Below are positions 18,996 to 29,220 of a stretch of DNA of 64,000 nt, piece by piece. The stretch is from an uncultured delta proteobacterium (GTDB taxonomy: Bacteria > Myxococcota > Myxococcia > Myxococcales > Myxococcaceae), in NCBI GenBank assembly GCA_963771175.1, contig CAVYSY010000057.1, positions 128,001-192,000 of the forward strand, read 5' to 3'. The position numbers and the translations under genes are program-made. Position 1 is the stretch's first letter, and every line of letters begins with the position of its first letter. A model generated the notes under the pieces. It did no database searches. It saw only the letters and a list, made by a program, of their open reading frames with translations, and was not told the DNA's origin.

Positions 18996-20888
18996 TCACA
19001 GGGAGGACTCGCCCCAGCTCAGCACGGCCGCTCCGCTGGAGGAGGAGATGGGCGGCAGGGCGGGCACGGAGATGGTGGCATTGCCCTGCATGTCGATGGC
19101 ATTGCCCGTGACGAAGCCGGAGCAGGTGGCCGCGTTCTGCACCACGAGCTGCCCTTGGAGGTGCGAGTTGGAGCCCATCTTGAACTGCTCGTGCACCATG
19201 ATGGCCGCACTGGGGCAGCTCGGCAGCGGCCCGGTGGGGTCCCCACAGGTGAGCAGCATGCTGTTGCCCCCCTTGACCTCCAAATCCCTCCCGGCCATCA
19301 GTGCCACGTCCCGGTGAGCGGGTCGCAGGCGGACGGTGGTGTTGTTTTCCACGAGCACGTCGCCGGTGACGATGAGGGTGACGGGGAGCTGGTCCGTACC
19401 GAGCGTGGAGCCGAAGGCGGGCGTGTCGTCCTTGAAGGTGAGGTCGCCGTCCACGAACCAAACCCCGTGGGGGATGGGGGCCGAGGCGGTGGGCTGATAG
19501 ACGAACATTCCTCCGGTGAGATAGTGCCGCTTGTACCGGTTGTCGCCCACCTCCGGGTAGAGGGTGGAGGGACTGTCACACGTCGCGCCATAAACATGGG
19601 TGCCGGTGCCGGGCGACAGGAAGACGGTGGATGCCGAGGTGCACGTCGTCATGGAGGGGTTGCGATTGCTCAGGCTGGACTCGTCCTTCATCTGCACCTT
19701 GTCCCCCGGACAGGGCCCCGTCTTGCCGTCGTAGACGAGATTCCAGCACGAGTTCGCGGGAGAAGCGGTCTCGTTCGGGTAGTGGATGCGGGAGAAGGCC
19801 TGGGGGTCCTCGCAGCCCGCGACGGAGTAGTTCCACATATGGACCTGGGCCTTGTCCGTGCTGAGGTCCGCGCGCAGGTAGTAGAAGGGGATGCAGGGGG
19901 CAACGAGGCAGGCCGGGGGCGCGTTGAGCTTGCTCCACACCTCCACCTTCGGCGGAGGGGGAATGCTGACGTTGGTGGTGCAGGTGCCCCCTCCACCTCC
20001 GAAGTCGATGCTGCACGTGGAGCCGGAGACCTGCACGTCGCAGGTGTCCCCGATGCCGCAGGACTGGTAGGCGGGCCCGTGACTGCAGCCCGAGCCGCAC
20101 ACGCAACCATCCATGAAGTCGCCGTTGTTGACGGAGACGTTGCCGTAGTCGCCGCACACGTGCGCGGCCCCACTCAAATCGATGGAGCCGCCGGAGACGA
20201 TGCCAGCGGCGGGCGGGCTCCCGAGGCGCGCGCGCAGCACCTTGCGCGCCTGCGCGCGCGTCGGGTCCGAGCCCGGGGCGAGGCCGACCACGGTGACGAC
20301 CACCGTCCTGTCCCTGTCCCGGACCGGGTTGCTCCTCGACGGGAGCGCGAGCAGGGCAGGCCCCTCCTCGCAGCCAGGAGTGCCCGCGCGGTTGTTGTTG
20401 GTGCTGGACGGGAGGTCGATGCCAACTCCGTCATCGTCGTTGTCCTCGATGCGCACCAGGTACGCCCCCTCCATCCCGCCGTCGGCGCCGGGGCTGTAGG
20501 GGAAGCGCAGGAACTGGCGGCCCGAGAACGTCACCACCGTCCCCCCGTCGATGACCGGGAGGTGGTCCTCCGCCGTCCCCCCGTCGAACAGCGGCAGGGC
20601 GGCGCAGTCGGTGTCCAGGTTCGGGTCCAGCACCTTGTCCAGGTCCAGCTCGTTGTCGAGGGCGGACCCCACATAGGCCCGGGTGCGGTCCAGACCGAAC
20701 TCGGCGGCGGAGAGGGCGAGCGCGTCGTGCTGCACCAGGTAGGCGTTGCGCCGCTCGTCCTCACCCCGCTGCAGCGCCATTCCCACCACGAGGGTCAGCG
20801 CGGCCAGGACCACGAGGATGGCCAGCAGGGTGAAGCCCCGGGGCCCGCCCCTCCCTCCTGCTCTTGCTGCGTGCATGGATGAACCCAT
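18996..20888 (-). CDS. Large PilX/ComZ-like minor pilin with inserted Cys-rich beta-solenoid-like domain
   Basis: Prepilin site G|FTLLA lacking Glu5, ALSAAEFG helix, repeated V.GD+.+ beta-rungs, terminal VLSWGE. Confidence 0.7.
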   Translation of the reverse strand: MGSSMHAARAGGRGGPRGFTLLAILVVLAALTLVVGMALQRGEDERRNAYLVQHDALALSAAEFGLDRTRAYVGSALDNELDLDKVLDPNLDTDCAALPLFDGGTAEDHLPVIDGGTVVTFSGRQFLRFPYSPGADGGMEGAYLVRIEDNDDDGVGIDLPSSTNNNRAGTPGCEEGPALLALPSRSNPVRDRDRTVVVTVVGLAPGSDPTRAQARKVLRARLGSPPAAGIVSGGSIDLSGAAHVCGDYGNVSVNNGDFMDGCVCGSGCSHGPAYQSCGIGDTCDVQVSGSTCSIDFGGGGGTCTTNVSIPPPPKVEVWSKLNAPPACLVAPCIPFYYLRADLSTDKAQVHMWNYSVAGCEDPQAFSRIHYPNETASPANSCWNLVYDGKTGPCPGDKVQMKDESSLSNRNPSMTTCTSASTVFLSPGTGTHVYGATCDSPSTLYPEVGDNRYKRHYLTGGMFVYQPTASAPIPHGVWFVDGDLTFKDDTPAFGSTLGTDQLPVTLIVTGDVLVENNTTVRLRPAHRDVALMAGRDLEVKGGNSMLLTCGDPTGPLPSCPSAAIMVHEQFKMGSNSHLQGQLVVQNAATCSGFVTGNAIDMQGNATISVPALPPISSSSGAAVLSWGESSL

Positions 20889-21968
20889 TCATTGCCTCAA
20901 GGAGATGGAGCCGTGGGCCGTGTGGCGCAGCGGCGCGCCGGTGCTCATGGACCGCTCGAGCTGCAGCTCGATGTCCACCCGGGAGATGTCTTTCAGGGCC
21001 GTGGCCGCCACGGGGGTGGTCAGCAACGAGCCATCGCGCTTGAAATACTTGAAGGTCACGTTGAGCGGCGTCCCCATCCGGGCCAACTGCTCCCAGTCGG
21101 TGCCCTCGCTCGCACTGGCGGCGCAGGGGGTGCTGAGGGTCCCGATGGGCTCGCCCACGGAGCCCCAGCACTGCTTGCGCTCCCACCAACCGGCGTTGAA
21201 CCGGTGGAAGACGCGGTCCGGCGTGGAGACGAAGCTCTGGTTGGGGCCGCCGGAGACGAGCTGCGCCGGTACGCTCGTGCCGAGCCGCAGGGCCACGCGA
21301 CCACTCGTCAGGTTCTTCCCCCACACGGCGCTGGAGTCGAGCTGCCGCTCCACCCACCGGCCCATCCCATCCGCGACGATGATGTACTCGGAGGACTGGT
21401 AGCGGTTGAGGCTCCAGGGACACGTGCGTGCTCCCCCCGGGTTGCTCGCGCAGTTGGTGGTGGTGCTCGAGGCGGCGTAGGCGAAGGCGGTGCTGGAGAC
21501 GTCGGTGGTGCAGAGCGAGGAGCCATCCACCACGTCGCAGCCCCCGTTGAGCTCGTTGAGCAGCGCCAGGCCGCTGCCGCCCGGGAGCGTGGTGGCGGTC
21601 TGATCTCCCGCGAGCTGGGAGTAGCCGCTGAAGGTGGAGTTGGGGCGGGGCAGGTCCGCGATGAAGGCGAGCCGGTGGTCCTCGGCCACCAGGATGCTGG
21701 CGGGAAAGCGGTCTCCGACGCCCGAGGCCGTGTCCACCCGCGGGCCGCGGGGACGGCCGAGCCCGGCCTGCCGCAGCTCCGTGGTGAGCTGTCCCATCAC
21801 GAGCGCGGCGCTGCGCTTCATCTCCGCCATCTTCCGCTGCTTCTGCTGCAGGGAGATGCCCTGGACGAACAGGGCCAGCGCGGCGGACAGCATGATGATG
21901 GCCACCACGCTCGTCACCAGGATTTCGATGAGCGTGAAGCCCCCCCGCGGGGGACCGCGCTTCACCAT
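20889..21968 (-). CDS. PilW-like minor pilin
   Basis: G|FTLIEIL cleavage/methylation site, ELRQAG motif. Confidence 0.8.
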   Translation of the reverse strand: MVKRGPPRGGFTLIEILVTSVVAIIMLSAALALFVQGISLQQKQRKMAEMKRSAALVMGQLTTELRQAGLGRPRGPRVDTASGVGDRFPASILVAEDHRLAFIADLPRPNSTFSGYSQLAGDQTATTLPGGSGLALLNELNGGCDVVDGSSLCTTDVSSTAFAYAASSTTTNCASNPGGARTCPWSLNRYQSSEYIIVADGMGRWVERQLDSSAVWGKNLTSGRVALRLGTSVPAQLVSGGPNQSFVSTPDRVFHRFNAGWWERKQCWGSVGEPIGTLSTPCAASASEGTDWEQLARMGTPLNVTFKYFKRDGSLLTTPVAATALKDISRVDIELQLERSMSTGAPLRHTAHGSISLRQ

Positions 21969-22366
21969 TTCAGCACCGCCAGGGACTGGGAGGTGGTGCG
22001 GGAGGTGACGGTGACCACGGCGCGCTTGTACGCCACGGGCCCGGCGGCGCCCCCCATGGCGCTGTCCGTCTCGTCGTACACGTCGAGCGTGCAGGTCCAC
22101 GTGCTCGGCAGTCCCATGGCAATGCAGGCCTTGCCCAGGCCGGCGGTCGCCCAGGTGGCGTCGGAGACGGGCAGGGCCCGGAGCCGCTCGGTCTGGTCCA
22201 CCAGGAACTGCGTCAGGTGCTGATCCGCCACCGCCCGGGCCACATGACCGTTCGCCTGGATGAGGCCCCCCAGCACACTGCCGAGGGCAATCATCAGGAT
22301 GGCGCCGCCCACCATGGCCTCGATGAGGGCATAGCCGCGCTCGCCCCGTGGGTTCCTCCCGCTCAT
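21962..22366 (-). CDS. PilV-like minor pilin
   Basis: G|YALIEAM site, ERLRA motif, 134 aa, overlaps both neighbours. Confidence 0.75.
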   Translation of the reverse strand: MSGRNPRGERGYALIEAMVGGAILMIALGSVLGGLIQANGHVARAVADQHLTQFLVDQTERLRALPVSDATWATAGLGKACIAMGLPSTWTCTLDVYDETDSAMGGAAGPVAYKRAVVTVTSRTTSQSLAVLKW

Positions 22367-22902
22367 GGACACGCCTCCAAGGGAATCTCGCTCACGCACA
22401 CGGGGCCCTGCCCCATGAGCCGGACGGCCAACTCCGGGCCGGCGGCCACGAACCGCAGCTCGGTGGTGCCCTGGCGCAGCCGGCTGTTGGGCCGCCACTC
22501 CGGCTCGGTATTCCCGGCCTGCACCCGGACGCGCATGCTGCCCGGCATCCGCACCCACTCGACGTGCTCCAGCTCCCCCAACGCCACGGCATCGCCCTCG
22601 CAGTCGGGGGTGGTGCGGCGCTGGAGGCGCAAACGGTCTCCCAGGTCCCCGACGCTCGCCACCTTGACGGGGTTGCCCGACACGTCGGCCGTGTAGACCT
22701 CGAGGGTGTGGCACCGCCCCGTCTCCCGCGCCAGGAGTTGGGCCCGCGCCGCCGCCGACGCGGCCAGCTCCGCCGCCTGCCGGCGGGCATAACGCTCCCG
22801 CAACGGCCCGAGGGTCGCCACGGACAACGCCGTGAGCAACCCGAGCAGGGCTACCGTGACCAACAGCTCCACCATCGTGAAGCCGCGCATCCGCTGATTC
22901 AT
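22363..22902 (-). CDS. FimU/FimT-like minor pilin
   Basis: G|FTMVELL site; first gene of the operon. Confidence 0.8.
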   Translation of the reverse strand: MNQRMRGFTMVELLVTVALLGLLTALSVATLGPLRERYARRQAAELAASAAARAQLLARETGRCHTLEVYTADVSGNPVKVASVGDLGDRLRLQRRTTPDCEGDAVALGELEHVEWVRMPGSMRVRVQAGNTEPEWRPNSRLRQGTTELRFVAAGPELAVRLMGQGPVCVSEIPLEACP

Positions 22903-22939
22903 GAGGTGCGTATAGTAACCTCATTCTCACACTCTTGAA
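22901..22939 (-). promoter_or_regulatory. Possible sigma70-type promoter (TTCAAG-N16-TACTAT) overlapped by inverted repeat ATGAGGT-N10-ACCTCAT
   Basis: The -10 box is only 9 nt from the ATG with no Shine-Dalgarno; repeat arms at 22901-22907 and 22918-22924. Confidence 0.4.
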
Positions 22940-23100
22940 AAACCAGGAAATGGAGGGGGCCCAGCAGGGGCGCGTCCCAGGCACCTCGGACGGCCGCTGA
23001 CAAGCACCCACGGCGGGCCCGGCAGCACAGCGGCCAGGTACTCGAAGACCCTGGGAGTGTCCTGGAATGGTCACCGGGGACTTCCGTTTGCGCCCCCACG

Positions 23101-25011
23101 ATGAACAAACGACTCCTCTCGTCGTCGTGCCTGCTGGGCATCCTGCTCACCACGGCCTGTGAAGCGCCCCCCTCCGCCACGGCCTCCGCGCCGCCGGCCG
23201 AAGCGCCGCCGGCCGAGACCCTGCCGGCCGAAGCACCGTCGGCCGAAGCACCGGCACCAGAGAACGTGCTCCAAGTGGAAGCCGCCCTCGCCGTGAGCAA
23301 CTGCCGCGTGCTCACCACCGCCGCCACCACGGCCAGCGGCGACGATGGCGCCGGCAGCGTGGCCGCCAACAGCCAGGATGACAACCTGAGCACGCGCTGG
23401 GCCGGCCCCGGCAAGGGCGCGTGGCTCACGCTCGACCTGGGCTCCTCGCAGTCGCTCGCGGGAGCGGCCGTCGCCTGGCACCTGGGCAACCAGCGCCAGA
23501 ACCACTTCACGCTCGCCACCTCCGAGGACGGCACCACCTTCACCCAGGCGTACGCGGCCGACAGCGCCTTGAACACCGCGGCGCAGACGTACCGCTTCAC
23601 CAGCCCGCGCAAGGCCCGCTACCTGCGCATCACCGTCAACGGCAACACCGTCAACGACTGGGCCTCCATCACCGAGGCGCGCGCCTGTGGCGACGACACC
23701 TCGACGCCGACGCCCACTCCGCCGCCCACCAACGTGCCCACCACGGACGCGGGGCCGGCCCTGCCGCGCCTGCCGTACCTGCAGAGCGTGGGCCCCACCA
23801 GCGCGCTCGTGGCCTTCCGCACTGGCGTGTCCTGCACGCCCTTCGTGCGCTTCGGCGAGGGCACGGACATGTCGCGCACCGCCACGGCCACGGTGGCCGG
23901 CTGGCGGCACGCGGTGAAGCTGGACGGGCTGCAGCCGGGCAGGACGTACAGCTACGTGGTCGAGGCGTGCGGCTCGGTCACCGGCGTGCGGCAGTTCCAG
24001 ACGGCCACCGGCCCCGGGACGCGCGTCCACTTCACGGCCCTGGGGGACTTCGGCACCGGCGGCACGCAGCAGGCCAACGTGCTCAAGCTGCTCGCGCAAC
24101 CCTCGCGCGCCGGCGAGCTCCTGCTGGCGCTCGGAGACAACGCGTACTCCTCCGGCACCGAGGCGGAGTTCCAGAGCAACATGTTCAAGCCCATGGCGGC
24201 CCTGCTGCGCCAGGTGCCCCTCTTCCCCACCCCGGGCAACCACGAGTACGTGACCAACCAGGGCCAGCCGTACCTGGACAACTTCTACCTGCCGGCCAAC
24301 AACCCCGAGAAGAACGAGCGCTATTACTCGTTCGACTGGGGCTCGGTGCACTTCGTGTCGCTCGACTCCAACTGCGTCATCGGCCTGGCCTCGTCCGACC
24401 GCTGCACGCTGGCGGCGCAGAAGAGCTGGCTCGCCCAGGACCTGGCCGCCACACGCCAGCCGTGGAAGGTCGTCTTCTTCCACCACCCGACCTGGTCGAG
24501 CGGCGAGCACGGCTCGCAGCTCAAGATGCGCCGCGAGTTCGCTCCGCTCCTCGAGCAGTACGGGGTGGACCTGGTCCTCACCGGCCACGACCACGACTAC
24601 GAGCGCTCCAAGCCGATGAAGGGTGACGCGGTGGCCCCCTCGGGCACGCGCGGCATCCCCTACCTGGTGGTGGGCAGCGGTGGCGCCAACCTGCGCACCT
24701 TCCCCAGCTCGCAGCCGAGCTGGTCCGCCTTCCGCGACAACACCAACGCGGGCTACCTGGACGTGGTGGTGGACGGCGGCACGCTGGCCGCGAAGTTCAT
24801 CACCCCGAGCGGCTCCGTGCGCGACAGCCTCACGCTGACGAAGACGCTGCCCGCCGCGACGGTGCAGCCGACGGGCGTCTCGGCCCTGTCGCTGGAGACG
24901 CCCCCAGGCCCGGTGGATGATCCGAACCAGCAGCCGGCCTACATGGGCGCCACGCAGCCGGTGCCGCCCGCCGACACCCTGAAGTCCGTGGCGGATGCCC
25001 CCGAGCCGTAA
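23101..25011 (+). CDS. Lipoprotein: F5/8 type C (discoidin) domain + purple acid phosphatase-type metallophosphoesterase
   Basis: Lipobox LTTAC, PAEAP linker, STRW...ARYLRI discoidin, GDFG, GDNAY, GNHE, GHDHDYER. Confidence 0.85.
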   Translation: MNKRLLSSSCLLGILLTTACEAPPSATASAPPAEAPPAETLPAEAPSAEAPAPENVLQVEAALAVSNCRVLTTAATTASGDDGAGSVAANSQDDNLSTRWAGPGKGAWLTLDLGSSQSLAGAAVAWHLGNQRQNHFTLATSEDGTTFTQAYAADSALNTAAQTYRFTSPRKARYLRITVNGNTVNDWASITEARACGDDTSTPTPTPPPTNVPTTDAGPALPRLPYLQSVGPTSALVAFRTGVSCTPFVRFGEGTDMSRTATATVAGWRHAVKLDGLQPGRTYSYVVEACGSVTGVRQFQTATGPGTRVHFTALGDFGTGGTQQANVLKLLAQPSRAGELLLALGDNAYSSGTEAEFQSNMFKPMAALLRQVPLFPTPGNHEYVTNQGQPYLDNFYLPANNPEKNERYYSFDWGSVHFVSLDSNCVIGLASSDRCTLAAQKSWLAQDLAATRQPWKVVFFHHPTWSSGEHGSQLKMRREFAPLLEQYGVDLVLTGHDHDYERSKPMKGDAVAPSGTRGIPYLVVGSGGANLRTFPSSQPSWSAFRDNTNAGYLDVVVDGGTLAAKFITPSGSVRDSLTLTKTLPAATVQPTGVSALSLETPPGPVDDPNQQPAYMGATQPVPPADTLKSVADAPEP

Positions 25012-25104
25012 AGACGGCGAGTCGGCTCGCGGTCCCGGACTCTCCGGTTGGAATGCCGCCCGAAGGAGGCGAGGATGCGGCGGCATTCCCCGGGAGCCCA
25101 AGAC

Positions 25105-26133
25105 ATGAACCGCATGCACTGGCTGGACGCGCTCGCCGCGCGGCTCACGGTGGCGCGCCAGCCCCGCTTCTTCGAGGACGGCTGGGGCTCCAACGCGCTC
25201 CTGGAGAAGCTCACCCGGGGCCCGCAGGGCTTCGCCTTCCCCGAGCTCTCCGAGGTGAGGCTGCGTCACCTGGGGCGCGAGGGGCGCCTGCTCGTCCAGG
25301 AGGGCCGCTTCCCCAGCCCCGCCGCGGTGGGCTCGCTGCCCGCCGCGTGCCAGGAGGCGCGCTTCCAGTTGCTGCTGCCCCAGGACGCCGGCCCGCGCCC
25401 GCCGGTGTGCGTCTTCCTGGCCGCCTCCGGGGACGAGGGCTTCGGCGTGCGGCGCTTCCTGGCCCGCGAGCTCGCCCGGCACGGCGTGGGCGCGCTGTTG
25501 CTGGAGAATCCCTACTACGGCTCGCGCCGCCCGCCCGGACAGAAGGGACATGCGGTGCGCACCGTGGCGGACCTGCTGCTCATGTTCCGCGCCACGGCGG
25601 TGGAGGCCACGGCACTGCTCGGGTGGCTGCTGGCGACCGGACACCCCAAGGTGGGCATCTCCGGCTACAGCATGGGAGGCAGCATCGCCGCCTATGCCGG
25701 CGCGATGTTCCCCCTGCCCGCGGCCGTCATCCCCCTGGCCGCCTCGCCCTCGTCTGCCCCCGTCTTCACCGAGGGCGTGCTGTCCTCCGTCCCGGATTGG
25801 GAGGCCCTGGGCCGCACCACCGGTGGCCCGGAAGCGGCGCGCCAGCGGCTGGCCGAGCTCCTCTCCGCGGCCTCCACCACGGTGCTCCCCCCGCTGTCCA
25901 ACCCGCGCCGCGCCATCCTCGTGGCCGCGCGCCGGGACGGCTTCGTGCCCTCATCCGCCACCCTGCGCCTGCTGCAGCACTGGCGGGGGGCCGAGCTGCG
26001 CTACGTCCCCGGAGGCCATGTGAGCGCCTTCATCACCGGGAGGGCCGCCATGACCCAGGCCATCCTGGACGCCTTCTCGCGCCTCGAGCCCCTCCAGCTC
26101 CCCCCCGAGGAGCAGCCCGCGGACCCGACGTGA
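25105..26133 (+). CDS. Alpha/beta hydrolase, DUF2048/ABHD18-like
   Basis: FFEDGWG, LENPYYGSRRP, GYSMGG, GGHVSA. Confidence 0.8.
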   Translation: MNRMHWLDALAARLTVARQPRFFEDGWGSNALLEKLTRGPQGFAFPELSEVRLRHLGREGRLLVQEGRFPSPAAVGSLPAACQEARFQLLLPQDAGPRPPVCVFLAASGDEGFGVRRFLARELARHGVGALLLENPYYGSRRPPGQKGHAVRTVADLLLMFRATAVEATALLGWLLATGHPKVGISGYSMGGSIAAYAGAMFPLPAAVIPLAASPSSAPVFTEGVLSSVPDWEALGRTTGGPEAARQRLAELLSAASTTVLPPLSNPRRAILVAARRDGFVPSSATLRLLQHWRGAELRYVPGGHVSAFITGRAAMTQAILDAFSRLEPLQLPPEEQPADPT

Positions 26134-26190
26134 CACAGTCCAACGAGGGCATCCTCGCGTTCATCGCCGAGGGAGCCCTGGCCCGGGGGC

Positions 26191-26985
26191 CTACGGGTTC
26201 CTGAGCCCACCGGAGCGCCGGTCGGAGTCGCCGCCCTGCCCGGGCCCCTGCCAGCCCCGAGGCCGCGACTCCCGCCACTCCTCGCGCCGCATTTCCTCGT
26301 ACTTCACCCGCTGCGTCTCATCGAGGACGGACGCCATTCCCTTGTCCGTCTGCTCGCGCGCCGCGCGAAGCTCCTGCCGGGCATCCCGGGGCGACTTGCC
26401 ACCGGCGCGCACCTCGTCGAAGAGGGCCTGACGCTGGGCGTCCTCGTGCTGCAGCCGGCTCGTGAGCGCCTGCTCCTGGGTGTAGTTCAACCGCGCCTCG
26501 GAGACGAACTGGCGCAAGCGCTCGGCGCGCTCCACCTGGCCCTGCGCCTGCGCCTGCTGCAGCTGCTGCTGCCGGAGCTCACGCTGCTCGGTCCGCATCT
26601 CCTCCTGCACCGAGCGCACCATGTCCTTGAGGTAGTCGCGCCCGCCCTGGGAGCTCAGGGCCTCGCCGGCGATCATGCTTCGCACCTCCGTCTTGAGCTG
26701 CTCCACCTCCGCGGCCAGCGCCACCGGGGCCACGGCCACGCCGCCATCCGAGGAGGCCATCGGCCGCTGCTCGAGCAGCATCAGCCGCTTGGACAGGGTT
26801 AGCGCGGTCTGCTCGAGGGACTCCACCCGTTGCTCCAGCTCCTCGAGCTCGCTCGAGGACAGGGTGGAGGGCGTCGCGGGAGAAGGAGCGGGAGCCACCG
26901 TCTCGCCGCGCGAGCCCCAGAGGGCCACCACGAGCGCCAGGCCGGACAGGCCGAGGGAGGCGAAGCCAAGGAACCGGTTCATCAT
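26191..26985 (-). CDS. Hypothetical membrane-anchored coiled-coil protein
   Basis: N-terminal hydrophobic helix, Glu/Gln/Arg-rich coiled coil, GAGG upstream. Confidence 0.65.
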   Translation of the reverse strand: MMNRFLGFASLGLSGLALVVALWGSRGETVAPAPSPATPSTLSSSELEELEQRVESLEQTALTLSKRLMLLEQRPMASSDGGVAVAPVALAAEVEQLKTEVRSMIAGEALSSQGGRDYLKDMVRSVQEEMRTEQRELRQQQLQQAQAQGQVERAERLRQFVSEARLNYTQEQALTSRLQHEDAQRQALFDEVRAGGKSPRDARQELRAAREQTDKGMASVLDETQRVKYEEMRREEWRESRPRGWQGPGQGGDSDRRSGGLRNP

Positions 26986-27144
26986 GTCCTCACAGACGGG
27001 GGCGCCCCCAACGTATTCCATGGACCTGCTGAAGCCCGCGCACCTCCCTGTGGTGGACACAACGACGCACCGCGCCAACGCACTGGGGATGCAACTCGGG
27101 TCCGATTTTGCCGACAATTCCTGGAACCCCCCACAGGAGTCCCC

Positions 27145-29217
27145 ATGCAACGATGTTCCTTCTTATCCCCTCGCCTGTTGGCGGCCGTGACGCTCGCGCT
27201 CGTCCTGGGCGCCTGCGGCACGGACGTTCCGGTCGAGGATTCCCTCTCCACCCAGAGTGCCGCGCTCGTCGACCCTTGTGCCACCAACCAGGGCTTCCAG
27301 GTTGGCGCCGGCCTGTATGACGTCACCGGCCCGGCCGCCGAGCTCGGAATGATGGGCTATGCCATGGTGGACCAGAAGACCGCGGGCATCCACCAGCGCC
27401 TGCGCTCGCGCGCCTTCGTCATCTCCTCCACCTGCAACGGCAAGCGCGTGGCGTTCGTCAGCGCGGACCTCGGACAAGTCTTCCAGGGCGTGAAGCAGCA
27501 GGTGATGGAGAAGCTGCGCGCGAAGTACGGAACCCTCTACTCGGACGAGAACGTCCTGCTGAGCGCCACGCACACCCACTCGGGCCCGGGCGGCTTCTCG
27601 CACTACGCGCTCTACAACCTCACCACTCTCGGCTACGACAAGCAGAACTTCGACGCCACCGTGGACGGCATCTACCAGTCCATCGTCCGCGCCCACGACA
27701 ACCTGGCGCCCGGCACCATCCGCGTGGCCTCCGGAGACCTGCTCGACGCGAGCATCAACCGCTCCCCCGAGGCGTACCTGCGCAACCCCTCCACCGAGCG
27801 CGCGCAGTTCGGCTACGACACGGACAAGAAGATGACGCTGCTGCGGCTGCAGGGCGATGACGGGAGGGAGGTGGGCCTCATCAACTGGTTCGCCGTCCAC
27901 GCCACGTCCATGGGCAACGACAACCTGCTCATCAGCGGCGACAACAAGGGCTACGCCTCCTACCTCTTCGAGAAGCTCAAGGGGACGAACTACACCGCGC
28001 AGCGCACCTTCGTGGCGGCCTTCGCGCAGGCCAACGAGGGCGACGTGACGCCCAACATCTACGGCGGCACCAACGGCGGCGGCGCCAACGACTTCGAGAG
28101 CGTGGAGCTCTCCGGCCGCAAGCAGTACACCCTGGCGAAGACGCTCTACGACTCGGCGTCGACGCTGGTGAAGGGGGGCGTGGACTACCGGCACGTCTAC
28201 GTGGCGATGGACTCGGTGCAGGTGGCGCCCGCGTACACGGACGGCGTCTGGCGCTCCACCTGCGAGGCGGCCATCGGCGACTCGATGATTGCCGGCGCCG
28301 AGGACGGCCCGGGCTATGGCACGGAGGGCTCCACCTGCGAGAGCATCAAGGACACGTGGGGCGTGTTCAACTGCGCCTTCTTCACCACGCCGTGCCAGGG
28401 AGAGAAGCCCATCGCCGTGGAGATGGGCACGATGACGCCCTACCCGTGGACGCCCGAGGTGCTGCCGCTCCAGGTGGTGCGCCTGGGCAACGTGGCGATG
28501 GTGGCGGTGCCCTTCGAGCCCACCACCATGACGGGCCGGCGGCTGCGCCAGACGGTGCTCGCGCAACTCTCCCCGCTGGGGGTGGACCAGGTGGTCATCG
28601 CCGGCCTCTCCAACGCCTACGCCGGCTATCTCGCCACGCGCGAGGAGTACGCGAAGCAGGACTACGAGGGTGCCTCCACGCACTTCGGCCCGTGGCAGCT
28701 CGCGGCGGTGCAGCAGGAGGTGGACAAGCTGGCCATCGCGATGCGCACCGGCGCCACCGTGGCGGCGGGCCCCACCCCGAGGGACCTGCGCAACGACCAG
28801 ACGACGGTGCAGCCGGGCGTGCTGTACGACGACAAGCTGCTCTGGGTGGACTTCGGCAGCATCGTCACGAACGCGCGCAGCTCCTACGTCCGGGGCGAGA
28901 CGGTGAGCGTGAAGTTCTGGGGCGGCCACCCGAAGAACAACCTCCGCCGCCAGGGCTCCTTCCTCCAGGTGCAGCGCAAGTCGGGCACCTCGTGGGTGAC
29001 GGTGGCCAACGACTGGGACTGGGAGACGAAGTACCGCTGGGAGCGCAATAACTGCGCTCCCACGTTCGGGTGCTCGCACATCACCACGGAGTGGAAGATT
29101 CCGGCGGACACCACGCCGGGCACCTACCGCATCCGCCATGACGGTGACTGGAAGTCCGGCTGGGACGGGCTCATCCGCCCCTACTCCGGCACGTCGCGCG
29201 AGTTCACCGTCAACTGA
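27145..29217 (+). CDS. Neutral/alkaline ceramidase, lipoprotein
   Basis: Lipobox VLGAC, ATHTHSGPGG, WFAVHATSM, SGDNKG, YEGAST.FGP, GTYRIRH. Confidence 0.92.
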   Translation: MQRCSFLSPRLLAAVTLALVLGACGTDVPVEDSLSTQSAALVDPCATNQGFQVGAGLYDVTGPAAELGMMGYAMVDQKTAGIHQRLRSRAFVISSTCNGKRVAFVSADLGQVFQGVKQQVMEKLRAKYGTLYSDENVLLSATHTHSGPGGFSHYALYNLTTLGYDKQNFDATVDGIYQSIVRAHDNLAPGTIRVASGDLLDASINRSPEAYLRNPSTERAQFGYDTDKKMTLLRLQGDDGREVGLINWFAVHATSMGNDNLLISGDNKGYASYLFEKLKGTNYTAQRTFVAAFAQANEGDVTPNIYGGTNGGGANDFESVELSGRKQYTLAKTLYDSASTLVKGGVDYRHVYVAMDSVQVAPAYTDGVWRSTCEAAIGDSMIAGAEDGPGYGTEGSTCESIKDTWGVFNCAFFTTPCQGEKPIAVEMGTMTPYPWTPEVLPLQVVRLGNVAMVAVPFEPTTMTGRRLRQTVLAQLSPLGVDQVVIAGLSNAYAGYLATREEYAKQDYEGASTHFGPWQLAAVQQEVDKLAIAMRTGATVAAGPTPRDLRNDQTTVQPGVLYDDKLLWVDFGSIVTNARSSYVRGETVSVKFWGGHPKNNLRRQGSFLQVQRKSGTSWVTVANDWDWETKYRWERNNCAPTFGCSHITTEWKIPADTTPGTYRIRHDGDWKSGWDGLIRPYSGTSREFTVN

Positions 29218-29220
29218 GCC

